DNA of 64,000 nt from Nanobdellota archaeon. GTDB taxonomy: Archaea; EX4484-52; LFW-46. Both the position numbers and the translations under genes were made by a program. The stretch is from positions 117 to 64,116 of the forward strand of contig JAHILE010000029.1 in NCBI GenBank assembly GCA_018897155.1, read 5' to 3'. This document shows, piece by piece, positions 28,463 through 37,561 of the stretch. The notes beneath the pieces are model-generated. The model searched no databases. It had not been told where the DNA came from and saw only the letters and a list, made by a program, of their open reading frames with translations. Every line of letters begins with the position of its first letter. Positions within the stretch are counted from its first letter, which is position 1.

Positions 28463-30226
28463 ATGGTTCTTCGCGGATGGCTGAGAAGGAATTTTGAAAA
28501 AGTAAAAGAAGAAGAGCGGCTTTTCGAGGAAGAGGTAAATCGTTTTTCTATAGGTGCGCCCAGTAAGATTTTGGTTCTGCCGGAACTGGACCAGATACTT
28601 CCAAAAAAAGGGGAAGAAAAAAATGTAAAGCAGTCTACGGATGTGCGATATGAATTGATACCTCCGTTTGCTTATGCGCGCATTTATTGGAGTGAGATTC
28701 AGGAAGGTCTAGTGTATGAGGTGTTGCAGCCTTCATTGAATTCCAAGGAAGAGGAGATTTTTGAAAAAATACGTTCGGGCCTTGCGAAAAGTATCGGGGT
28801 TGATATAGAGCAGTTTTCAAACAGCAAAAAAATGCTCGAGTATATTCAGGGCGAGGTACGTTCGGTAATTGATGAGCTAGGCATCATTCTTGAACCTGGG
28901 CAGTATACACGCCTACTTTACTATATTTATATAAATTTTGTCGGCCTTAATGAAATAGAGCCTTTAATGCATGATTCATACATAGAAGACATTGGCTGCG
29001 ACGGTGTTGGAGTGCCCATATATATCACCCATAAAAAGTATGGGAATCTGCGAACGAATATTAGCTATAATGATGTAAAACGACTTCAAGAGTTCGTTGT
29101 AAAGCTTGCAGAACGTACTGGGAGATATATTTCATATGCGGAGCCCCTTCTTGACGGTTCACTTCCTGACGGCTCCCGTATACAGGCTACGCTTACATCT
29201 GATGTAACTACAAAAGGACCTACGTTTTCTATCAGAAAGTTCAAGGAAATCCCATATAGCGCACCTGATTTGATACGCATGAAAACCGCATCTTCAGAGG
29301 TTATGGCATTCCTTTGGTTTGCAATAGAGCACAAACGAAACATACTTATTTGCGGAGGCACTGGTGCAGGAAAAACATCCTTCCTTAATTCACTTGTTTC
29401 ATTTATTCCGCCTGATGATAAGATAGTCTCAATAGAAGATACGCGAGAATTGAATTTACCTCACGAAAACTGGATTCCGGCAGTATCACGAGCAGGGTTT
29501 GGTACTGTTACAAAGGATGGCACCCGGTATGGCGAAATCTCGATGTTTGATCTTCTTAAGGAATCATTCAGGCAAAGACCTGACTATGTGGTCGTAGGAG
29601 AAGTCCGAGGCACTGAAGCATCTGTTCTTTTTCAGGGAATGGCTTCCGGGCATCCTTCTTTAGGCACAATTCACGGAGGTTCTGTGGATGATATCATAAA
29701 GAGAATGGAAACACCTCCCATAAGCCTTCCGCCAAGCCTGCTCGAATCTCTTGATATTGTGGTGGTGATTACGCATTCGGACCAGTTCGGAAAATCCGCC
29801 CGCAGAATCAAGGAAATCGCCGAGATGGAAAATATAGATTCGGAAACAGGGCGCGTCAGGGTTATGAAAAGCTTTCAGTGGTCTCCTGTTCTTGATGTTT
29901 TTGAGAGGCACCATAGCACAATTCTTGACCGGATAGGAGCGGAATACGGGATTTCAATGAGTAAGATAGAGGAGGAGCTGAAAAACCGCCAGAAAGTTTT
30001 GGAATGGCTCGTTAATAAGAAGACATTTGGCTTTATGGACGTATCAAATTATCTTGCTGAATACTATCGAAACAAGCAGAAAATATTGAAAGCTATTGAA
30101 GATGAAGAAGCTCCGGTTTTGGATAATCCGGCGTATAAGCCCAAGAAAAAAGGAATTAATATGGCGTTTTCTGCGCCGAAAATCATTGCCTCTGGTGACC
30201 CAACTAGAGACGCGCTTGATATGTGA
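28463..30226 (+). CDS. Type II/IV secretion (type IV pilus/ArlI-like) ATPase
   Basis: IEDIGCDG, GGTGAGKTS, SIEDTRE, RQRPDYVVVGEVRG. Confidence 0.93.
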   Translation: MVLRGWLRRNFEKVKEEERLFEEEVNRFSIGAPSKILVLPELDQILPKKGEEKNVKQSTDVRYELIPPFAYARIYWSEIQEGLVYEVLQPSLNSKEEEIFEKIRSGLAKSIGVDIEQFSNSKKMLEYIQGEVRSVIDELGIILEPGQYTRLLYYIYINFVGLNEIEPLMHDSYIEDIGCDGVGVPIYITHKKYGNLRTNISYNDVKRLQEFVVKLAERTGRYISYAEPLLDGSLPDGSRIQATLTSDVTTKGPTFSIRKFKEIPYSAPDLIRMKTASSEVMAFLWFAIEHKRNILICGGTGAGKTSFLNSLVSFIPPDDKIVSIEDTRELNLPHENWIPAVSRAGFGTVTKDGTRYGEISMFDLLKESFRQRPDYVVVGEVRGTEASVLFQGMASGHPSLGTIHGGSVDDIIKRMETPPISLPPSLLESLDIVVVITHSDQFGKSARRIKEIAEMENIDSETGRVRVMKSFQWSPVLDVFERHHSTILDRIGAEYGISMSKIEEELKNRQKVLEWLVNKKTFGFMDVSNYLAEYYRNKQKILKAIEDEEAPVLDNPAYKPKKKGINMAFSAPKIIASGDPTRDALDM

Positions 30227-30336
30227 TGCTTTTGAATAGGGTTCTAAGAAGTTGTCGCGTTTTATTAGCATGTATACTAAATTACGGAGCATATTCTAAT
30301 TTACAATTTTTATATAAAAAACAAAAAAAGAACAAT

Positions 30337-30421
30337 CGCGGGCAAGAATCATCTCGTTCGCTTGAGCGAATTCGAAGCCTTTTCGGCAAACCTATCGAGG
30401 AATGCCGAAAAGTCACCCGCG
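30337..30421 (-). repeat. Palindromic element, right-arm copy
   Basis: AATCATCTC-GTTCGC/GCGAAT-TCGAAGCC-TTTTCGGCA...TGCCGAAAA is close to the reverse complement of 22710..22763. Confidence 0.75.
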
Positions 30422-30441
30422 AATTTAATATTTTTAGGAAT

Positions 30442-30714
30442 TTACTTTAGCTTTCCTAGCCTATCAATTCCTAGTTTTTTAACATTTGGCTTCCATACTT
30501 TTGCGCCCATCCATTCGGGAGCATTTTCCGGAGCAGCAACCTGTTTTCTTGAGCCCTTGAAGATGTGTATCTTCTTGGTTCCGCGCTCTCTTAGCTTGAT
30601 ATCAGTATATCCGCGGTTTGCCGCTTTTAAAGCCGCCTGTCTTGGCTGCGATCCTGTAAATACGCCAACTTCCTTGTTTCCCTGTCTTAGGGAAAAGTAC
30701 CTTTTTTCTGCCAT
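30442..30714 (-). CDS. Non-histone chromosomal protein MC1
   Basis: GVFTGSQPRQAALKAANRG, LRERGTKKIHIFKG, PEWM...VWKPNVKK. Confidence 0.93.
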   Translation of the reverse strand: MAEKRYFSLRQGNKEVGVFTGSQPRQAALKAANRGYTDIKLRERGTKKIHIFKGSRKQVAAPENAPEWMGAKVWKPNVKKLGIDRLGKLK

Positions 30715-30925
30715 ATTCATCACTCATTTTTTCAAAATATTCTAACTATGTATTGGTTATACTATAACTATGCGCGTATGTAGTATATATACTTTTTCAA
30801 TAGAAGCCGACCATAGCCGAAAAATCGTTTTCAAGCTTAAAAAGATGAGCGTTAGGCAACCGACTAATCGGCTGGCGCTTGGGGCGCATTGCTTCGCAAC
30901 GCACATGTTCTTGTAAGATTATGAG

Positions 30926-31110
30926 CGTCGGGAGAGAGATTTGAACTCTCGAGTCCTTGCGGACACCAGCTCTCGGGAAACTTTCCAGGCTGGCGCCATC
31001 TACTCCGCTCATTCAGGGATTATTTCAATAATATTGCGCGAGTGGACGCGAGTCCACTTTAAATGCATTTTGACATTCCTGACGAGCGCACCGAGCTAGG
31101 CGACCCCGAC
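30926..31110 (-). tRNA. tRNA-Ser (most likely GGA) with two introns: ~90 nt in the D-loop (31000..31089) and 11 nt at 37/38 (30972..30982)
   Basis: Acceptor GTCGGGG/TCCCGAC, G73, long variable arm GTCC-GCAA-GGAC, T-arm GAGAG-TTCAAAT-CTCTC; BHB-like junctions. Confidence 0.88.
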
Positions 31111-31164
31111 ACAATGCCTTATTTTTGATTCAATCATTTAAAAGCTATTCGATTATTTATATGT

Positions 31165-32727
31165 ATGAAAGTTTCCGAAAAAACTCTTGCACGCAGCCTT
31201 ATAGAAAAAATACTATCCGGTGAGGTGAGTAAAGAAGGCCAGTTGAATGCGGAAAAGGCGCGCATTTCATCAAAACTGGGTGCATCAAAAATCCTTCGCA
31301 ATTCAGATATCCTTAAATATGCAACGCAGAAAGAGCGCGAAAAGCTTGCAATTCTTGTCAAAAAGCCGATAAGAACGCTTTCAGGCGTTGCAATTGTTGC
31401 GGTAATGGCAAGGCCCGGCGAATGCCCTGGAAAGTGCATCTACTGCCCGCAGGGCGAGAATGCGCCGAAAAGCTACACCGGAAAGGAGCCGGCAGCCCGC
31501 AGGGCGAAGATGTTTGATTACGACCCGTTTGTGCAGGTTACAAAGCGCGTGGAGCAATTAAAAGCAGTTGGCCATAGCATTGATAAAATAGAGCTTATCG
31601 TGATGGGCGGAACCTTTTTGTCGTATCCTAAGCAAGAGCAGGCGCTTTTTGTCAAGCGGTGCTTTGACGCGCTTAACAGAATCGATTCTAAGACCTTGAT
31701 TGAAGCTCAAAAAATCAACGAAACCGCAAAATCAAGATGTGTGGGCTTGACTATCGAGACGCGCCCGGATTTCTGCAAAAAAGAGCACATAGATACCATG
31801 CTTCTGCTCGGGGCTACGCGCGTGGAACTCGGCGTTCAGACACTGTCAGACGCAATTTATAAAAAAATAAGGCGCGGGCATATGATTAAAGACGTAGTCG
31901 AAGCAACGCGGCTTATGAAAGATTCCGGCTTGAAGGTTGTTTATCATATGATGCCCGGGCTTCTCCAGAGTAGAAAGCAGGATCTTGCAATGTTCAAAAA
32001 ACTGTTTAATGATCCTGATTTTCGGCCGGACATGCTGAAAATTTATCCAACGCTTGTTGTTTGCGGCACAGGGCTTTATGATCTTTGGAAGAGCGGAAAA
32101 TACAAGCCGCTTGAAAATGAAGAAGCTGCAGAGCTTGTTGCCGAAATAAAAAAGAACATTCCACATTACTGCAGGATAATGAGGGTGCAGCGTGACATTC
32201 CTCGAGACCAGATTGCGGCCGGCGTTACTGCGGGGAATCTTCGAGAATTAGCCCGGCAAAAACTGAAAGCAATAGGTGAAAAATGCAAATGCATCAGGTG
32301 CAGGGAGGTTGGGCATACGGATTTTAAGCAAAATACATTTGATGGTGTTGTGCAGTTTTGCGAAAAATATCGGGCCTCAGAAGGAACGGAATATTTCATA
32401 TCTTTAGAGGATAAAAATCGCGAAGTTCTCTACGGTTATTTGCGCCTGCGCATACTGGCAAGGCCATTTCGAAAAGAGCTTTCCGGAAAAACATCCGTTG
32501 TTCGCGAGCTGAAAATATTCGGCACATCAGTTCCTATTGGCGAAAAACAAACAGGCGCAATACAGCACAAAGGGCTTGGGAAGCGGCTGATGAAATTTGC
32601 CGAGGAGTTGTCAAAAAAAGAAGGCGCGCATAAAATTGTTGTGATTGCAGCGGTCGGGACGCGCGATTATTACCGCGCTCTAGAGTATTTTGATGATGGC
32701 GCGTATGTCTCGAAAAAACTGATATAA
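31165..32727 (+). CDS. elp3: tRNA uridine(34) carboxymethylase Elp3 (radical SAM plus KAT)
   Basis: RTLSGVA, CPGKCIYCP, IETRPD, QHKGLG. Confidence 0.96.
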   Translation: MKVSEKTLARSLIEKILSGEVSKEGQLNAEKARISSKLGASKILRNSDILKYATQKEREKLAILVKKPIRTLSGVAIVAVMARPGECPGKCIYCPQGENAPKSYTGKEPAARRAKMFDYDPFVQVTKRVEQLKAVGHSIDKIELIVMGGTFLSYPKQEQALFVKRCFDALNRIDSKTLIEAQKINETAKSRCVGLTIETRPDFCKKEHIDTMLLLGATRVELGVQTLSDAIYKKIRRGHMIKDVVEATRLMKDSGLKVVYHMMPGLLQSRKQDLAMFKKLFNDPDFRPDMLKIYPTLVVCGTGLYDLWKSGKYKPLENEEAAELVAEIKKNIPHYCRIMRVQRDIPRDQIAAGVTAGNLRELARQKLKAIGEKCKCIRCREVGHTDFKQNTFDGVVQFCEKYRASEGTEYFISLEDKNREVLYGYLRLRILARPFRKELSGKTSVVRELKIFGTSVPIGEKQTGAIQHKGLGKRLMKFAEELSKKEGAHKIVVIAAVGTRDYYRALEYFDDGAYVSKKLI

Positions 32728-32758
32728 AACTTTGTTGAGTAATTATATGTGGTGGATT

Positions 32759-33493
32759 ATGTTGTATGTTGTAAGTCTCGGGCTTCATGACGAGAATGAT
32801 ATTTCGCTGCGCGGAATCGATGCGTTGAAAAAATGCAAGAGCATTTTTATTGAAACATATACCTCTTCAATCAAGATAGATTTTGAATCCCTTGAGAAAA
32901 TCGCAGGCAACAAAATAGAGCTTCTTGACAGACGCGGCGTTGAAGAATCCGGCGTGATTCTGGAATCTGCAAAATCGCGCGATACCGCATTTATTGTACC
33001 TGGAGACGCGCTTTCTGCGACAACTCATCATCAGGTTGTTTTTGATGCTCGAAAGGCAGGCATAGATGTCGAAATAATTCATGGTTCATCAATATTCAGT
33101 GCAATTGCTGAGACAGGTCTTTCGCTTTATAAGTTCGGAATGACTGTATCACTTCCAAAGCCGCAAGAAAATTATTTTCCGGAATCGCCGTATATGAACA
33201 TACTTGCGAACAAAAAAAGAGGGCTGCATACGCTGATTCTTCTTGACATCGGAATGACTGCAAAAGAAGGCATTGAAATTCTTTTGGAACTTGAAAAGAA
33301 AGTCGGGAAAAAACTATTCACAGAAAAAACAAAGCTTGTTGCAGTCGCGCATCTTGGAGTTAAAAGCACAATAAAATACGGACCGATTTCCGAGCTGAAA
33401 AAAGCAGACTTTGGAGCAATGCCGCATACGCTGATCCTGCCTGGTGATATGCATTTCTTAGAAGAGGATTTTGTTTCGCAGTTTGCGATTTGA
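32759..33493 (+). CDS. dph5: Diphthine synthase
   Basis: MLYVVSLGL, ETYTS, GDALSATTH, LYKFG, GLHTLILLDI, MHFLE. Confidence 0.93.
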   Translation: MLYVVSLGLHDENDISLRGIDALKKCKSIFIETYTSSIKIDFESLEKIAGNKIELLDRRGVEESGVILESAKSRDTAFIVPGDALSATTHHQVVFDARKAGIDVEIIHGSSIFSAIAETGLSLYKFGMTVSLPKPQENYFPESPYMNILANKKRGLHTLILLDIGMTAKEGIEILLELEKKVGKKLFTEKTKLVAVAHLGVKSTIKYGPISELKKADFGAMPHTLILPGDMHFLEEDFVSQFAI

Positions 33494-33500
33494 TACAAAT

Positions 33501-34349
33501 TCATGCAAGCGTGCCTATTTTCTGCCCCATTTTTATTTCTGCCCCGCGCACCAAGTCGCCAAAAGTTATTACGCCGCTTTCAAATAAAAGCACAACTGTC
33601 GAGCCTATTTCAAATCTGCCGATTTCTTCTCCTTTCTCTATCGGAATTTTTTTAGAATATGTTTTCTTTAACGCCATATTGCACGAAGTATCAAATGCAG
33701 CATTTTCGTAAGTCGCGCATATCTTTCCGACAACACACGCGCCCACTTTTACAATTGCAATCGTGTTTTTCCGGCATTCCAAATACGTTATCAAGCGCTC
33801 GTTTTTTGAGAATAGGTTTTCTATTGTTTCTGAAGATATCTTATTCACACAAAAAAGGCTGCCTGGAATGTATTGATATCCCGCGATTTTTCCGGAAATC
33901 GGTGCGTGTATTCTGTGGTAGTTTTTCGGCGCAAGATATATTGTTAGGAAACTGCCGTTCTCGAATTTTGAGGCAAGCGCACCATCTTCAAGAAGACTCT
34001 CAAGCATGTAAATTTTTCCCTTTGCCTGAATGAGCATATTTTTTTCTATTGCGCCGAATTCCATCATTTTACCATCTACAGGAGAAATTACCGAATTTTT
34101 TGAAACATCAATTTTCCGAATTCCGGATTTTAGTTCGCGTGTAAAGAATTCGTCGAATGTCTGAAAATCGTAAGCGTCTTTTTTGGATTCCGACATATTG
34201 ACTCCAAACAGCACGCAGTAGCTGCTTATCCAGGGGATGAGAATTATTTTTGGAAGTTTTTTTTTCGCTAGTTTCCCAAGCGCGCGGCTAATGAATTCTT
34301 TTGGAAAAACTTTGAATGCAAAAACAATGATTTTACTAAATAGATTCAT
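33501..34349 (-). CDS. psd: Phosphatidylserine/archaetidylserine decarboxylase, bacterial Psd type
   Basis: FFTRELK, SPVDG, YLAPKNYHRIH, NER, GRFEIGSTVV self-cleavage motif; start uncertain. Confidence 0.92.
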   Translation of the reverse strand: MNLFSKIIVFAFKVFPKEFISRALGKLAKKKLPKIILIPWISSYCVLFGVNMSESKKDAYDFQTFDEFFTRELKSGIRKIDVSKNSVISPVDGKMMEFGAIEKNMLIQAKGKIYMLESLLEDGALASKFENGSFLTIYLAPKNYHRIHAPISGKIAGYQYIPGSLFCVNKISSETIENLFSKNERLITYLECRKNTIAIVKVGACVVGKICATYENAAFDTSCNMALKKTYSKKIPIEKGEEIGRFEIGSTVVLLFESGVITFGDLVRGAEIKMGQKIGTLA

Positions 34350-34437
34350 AAACATTATTGCCTGCGCGTTATTATATTCTTTGCACATCTGGGCGCGAGT
34401 CAAGTCTTTTAAAGATTATTCATTAAGGTTTTTGCAT

Positions 34438-34554
34438 AGGTCCGTGGTCTAGTCATGCGATTGCATAGCAATTTTCCTTATGCTCCGTATGAGAAATTGG
34501 TATGACGCCGCACTCACACTGCGGAGATCCTGAGTTCAATCCTCAGCGGACCTA
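34438..34554 (+). tRNA. tRNA-Val(CAC) with a ~45-nt D-loop intron at 15/16 (34453..34497)
   Basis: AGGTCCG/CGGACCT acceptor, CCGCA-CTCACAC-TGCGG anticodon arm, CTGAG-TTCAATC-CTCAG T-arm; intron stem CATGCG/CGTATG. Confidence 0.9.
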
Positions 34555-34591
34555 TTTTCATTTTTGAATTACCCTATGCATCGAAAAAATG

Positions 34592-34660
34592 AAAAGCCGC
34601 GAGTTGCGCGTTAACGCAACGAACGGATTTTTCGCCATCACACTATGTTTTGGGCGAAAA
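34592..34660 (-). repeat. Palindromic element, left-arm copy with adjacent hairpin
   Basis: Reverse complement reads AAAATCCGTTCG-[TTGCG/CGCAA]-CTCGCGGCTTTT. Confidence 0.65.
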
Positions 34661-34682
34661 CCATTTCATGAGGTGAATTTAA

Positions 34683-34958
34683 TTGTTAAATGAGAATAAT
34701 TGGGCCGCCAAATTAAAGCGGACTGCAACCGCATTTTTACCGATCGACAAAAGCCGCAAAGGCAATTGCATTCAATGCGGAAAATGCTGCGAACTTCCTG
34801 TTAAGTGCCCTTTCCTTTACAAAAAAGACGGAAGGAATTATTGCCGGATTTATAATGTGCGCCCGCTAAATTGCAGGAAATATCCGCGAACTGAAAGCGA
34901 GTGGCTGACAAAAGAGACTTGCGGTTATTGTTTTGATGCTGTAAAAAAGCAAAATTAG
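34683..34958 (+). CDS. YkgJ-like cysteine cluster (Fe-S/Zn) protein
   Basis: CIQCGKCC, CPFL, CRIY..RPLNCRKYP; GAGGTGA RBS. Confidence 0.85.
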   Translation: MLNENNWAAKLKRTATAFLPIDKSRKGNCIQCGKCCELPVKCPFLYKKDGRNYCRIYNVRPLNCRKYPRTESEWLTKETCGYCFDAVKKQN

Positions 34959-35044
34959 GCAAAACACGTCTTTATAAATTTTAGTGGATTAGTATATGAT
35001 GCACAAATCGAACACTTAGACAACTATACGAAACTATTAATTGA

Positions 35045-35091
35045 TTTTGAGGCAATGCCTCAAAAGCTTCGAATGAAGTGAGATGAGTTTT
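35045..35091 (+). repeat. Palindromic element, right-arm copy
   Basis: TTTTGAGGC/GCCTCAAAA-GCTTCGAATGAAGT-GAGATGAGTTTT. Confidence 0.65.
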
Positions 35092-35226
35092 ATGCCTTTT
35101 GGCAATCAAAAATAAGCGTCACACAACCAATATCGAAAATAGCAAATTGCTTAACTTTTTAAGCGCATGAGAACTGGATTGTGGAATGTTTGTGCATTTT
35201 TAATCATTTCCAATATTCATTGGATT

Positions 35227-35300
35227 AAAATCCAATCGCTTCGCTCTTGGCTTTTCGGTTATGCCGAAAAAGCATCGAACGCGAGTGAGAGGAATATTTT
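35227..35300 (+). repeat. Compact complete palindromic element
   Basis: AAAATCCAATCGCTTCGCTCTTGGCTTTT-CGG..CCG-AAAAAGCATCGAACGCGAGTGAGAGGA. Confidence 0.75.
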
Positions 35301-35690
35301 TTATTTAAATTTTTTTTATCGGTGATTGTGATGCCGGTGGACTTTATTTGTTAATCGCGGAAAATGAATCAATTTCTTCAGTTGCGCCCACAAGTTCTTT
35401 GAACCTTTCTGATAATTATTCGGATTTAGTTCCAAATGCGCGCGTTTCATTCGCGCAGAAGTTTTTCGGTTTTAGTTTTGGCTTTAACTTCGATTTTGGA
35501 GTTTTGAGCTTTGCTCAAAAGCTTGGTGCTCTTAGCACCATGATTTTTGGATTTGGCTTTATTGTTTAGTTAAGAGCCATGCTTCAAGTTTTTTCTGAAG
35601 AAAGGCGTTTACTGTTACGGTTAATTATGATTATGATTTATATTGATGCTGACGAATGTCGGAAAATGAATTAGGGAAATAGTGATTTTC

Positions 35691-35915
35691 ATGCATACAA
35701 GCGAAACTTTGTGTTACATAAAATTAAATGGGAAACGAGACGATTTAGAAATCTATTTAGAGCAAAGAAAGGGATGCGAAGACAGCTGCATTAGATGGTA
35801 TGGTATCAACGATAACACGCACAAAGCGGAGATATGCATCGAAGGATATCGAAACGACCTTGTAAGGGAACTCGAAAAAATCGGAATTTCGCGTGAAGAG
35901 ATAGAATTATGCTGA
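35691..35915 (+). CDS. Small hypothetical protein
   Basis: ATG ORF after a GTGA RBS-like sequence, just upstream of the PheA-like gene. Confidence 0.55.
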   Translation: MHTSETLCYIKLNGKRDDLEIYLEQRKGCEDSCIRWYGINDNTHKAEICIEGYRNDLVRELEKIGISREEIELC

Positions 35916-35950
35916 TTTTTGTCAAAAAAAAATGAATTGAGGAGAAAGAT

Positions 35951-36898
35951 ATGAAAAATAAGACAACTGGAAATGAAGACATTTATATAGGGCATTTAGA
36001 CCCGAAGTATTCTTGGAGCCATAGGGCGGCAGAATTATTGTCTGAAAAACTGGATTTTGAAGCCATGCTTAAAGGAAGGCCCAAAGTTGATGATGTGGTA
36101 TCTAATGCAGGATATGCAGACACATTAGGTGTTGTGCCCATCTACAACAGCATGAACGGAGATATCGAAAAACACATGCGCTTACTATTATCGCATTTGG
36201 GCGATGGTGTCTATGTTGGTGACGTTATTGATGTTCCAATCGAACAGTGTTTGGGTCTTAAGGGCGATGTGAGTGAAATCCTTCGCATATATTCGCATCC
36301 TGAAGCGATTAAACAAGTACGCCCATACATAGAAGAACTCAAAAAAGAATGTGGTCATGATATAACCGTTATTGATTGCGCATCCACTGCATTGGCTGCC
36401 GAAATAGTGAAAGATACGCCAGGAACGGATATTGCCGCGATATGTTCGCCAGCCGCAGCAAAAGCAAACGGATTAGAATACAAAAAACTAACTGATGGAG
36501 AACTTAATAAAACATCATTCGGCGTATTGGGTAAATCAACTTACTGGGCGGAATATTACGAAAAGCATCCGCATAAAAAGTCCGATGAACGTGTAACTGC
36601 TGTTCTTGTTCAGCCAGCAATTAAAAATTATTCCGGGCTTCTTGAGGATATTATTCATCCGCTTAGGGAAGAATGCGACATGTCCGTATTGACTTCACTT
36701 AGTAATGAAGGAACCCCCATATTCTATATTGAAATTGATGGTGGGCACGCACCAAAGATTTACCAAGCATTAAGCAAGATAGCGGTTGATATCCCCGCAC
36801 GTGTTAAGCCGATTGGCAGTTATCTAAAAATAGCGAGACCGAAAAATATGGATGATGCGGTTGAGCCGGGAATAAACATCCCTTCAAAATTGTGGTGA
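35951..36898 (+). CDS. Divergent prephenate dehydratase-like protein (PDT plus ACT-like domain)
   Basis: VVPIYNSMNG, IYSHPEAIKQ, STALAAE, AAICSPAAA; TRF motif changed to TSF. Confidence 0.75.
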   Translation: MKNKTTGNEDIYIGHLDPKYSWSHRAAELLSEKLDFEAMLKGRPKVDDVVSNAGYADTLGVVPIYNSMNGDIEKHMRLLLSHLGDGVYVGDVIDVPIEQCLGLKGDVSEILRIYSHPEAIKQVRPYIEELKKECGHDITVIDCASTALAAEIVKDTPGTDIAAICSPAAAKANGLEYKKLTDGELNKTSFGVLGKSTYWAEYYEKHPHKKSDERVTAVLVQPAIKNYSGLLEDIIHPLREECDMSVLTSLSNEGTPIFYIEIDGGHAPKIYQALSKIAVDIPARVKPIGSYLKIARPKNMDDAVEPGINIPSKLW

Positions 36899-36903
36899 GT
36901 TTA

Positions 36904-37542
36904 ATGACCGAATTGATTTACTATCAAGACCAATACAAAAAAGAGCTTGAGGCAAAGGTTGTATCTGTTGAAGGGAATTACGCGCTTTTAGACAAAACAA
37001 TATTCATCCCGCAAACAAACACAGAGCCCGGCGATTTCGGAAAAATAAACGGAATGAAAATCGCAGGTTCCAAAAAAGACGGAAATAATATTTGGCACAT
37101 ATTTTCAAAGCCGGTTTCGTTTAAAGCAGGCGGCACAGTAAAATTAGAGCTTGACTGGAGCAAGCGGCTTTTGGCCATACGCATGCATTCCGCACTTCAT
37201 CTGCTTGCCGGCGCAATTGAGAAAAATTTTGGAAAGCGCGCGGTTGCCGGGGCAGTAAAAGGAAATCAGGCAGAGCTGGTTTTAAAAGAGCAGCTGCCTG
37301 ACGAAACAATAACGCGGGCAATTGAGGCGTCAAACAAAGATATCGAAAGCAGCCTTGAAATAAAAAGCTATTGGGACGAAAAACGCGAGGGTTTTAGATG
37401 GACGCAAATCGGAGAGTATCCGCCAATTCCTGACGGAGGGATTCATGTTAAAAACACAAAAGAAATTGGAAACCTTATATTGGTTGGTAAAGAATTAAAT
37501 GATGGGAAGCAAAAGATAATTATTGGCATAAATCAAGAATAA
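36904..37542 (+). CDS. alaXM: AlaX-M type trans-editing protein
   Basis: MTELIYYQDQY, LDKTIF, RMHSALHLL, DGGIHVKNT.EIG. Confidence 0.88.
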   Translation: MTELIYYQDQYKKELEAKVVSVEGNYALLDKTIFIPQTNTEPGDFGKINGMKIAGSKKDGNNIWHIFSKPVSFKAGGTVKLELDWSKRLLAIRMHSALHLLAGAIEKNFGKRAVAGAVKGNQAELVLKEQLPDETITRAIEASNKDIESSLEIKSYWDEKREGFRWTQIGEYPPIPDGGIHVKNTKEIGNLILVGKELNDGKQKIIIGINQE

Positions 37543-37561
37543 GTTATTTGTGGCGCTTTTT

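Noticed and set aside
30800-30920. 5S rRNA (GACCATAGC near the start)
   Set aside because: No CCGAAC loop C motif or 5S helix pattern
30797-31012. ORFs overlapping tRNA genes (30797..31012, 57900..58118, 58986..59204)
   Set aside because: Explained by the intron-containing tRNA genes
35348-35569. 73-aa ORF with a repeated SFAQK
   Set aside because: TTG start, low-complexity F/G-rich sequence and no recognisable domain; cannot be supported as a gene
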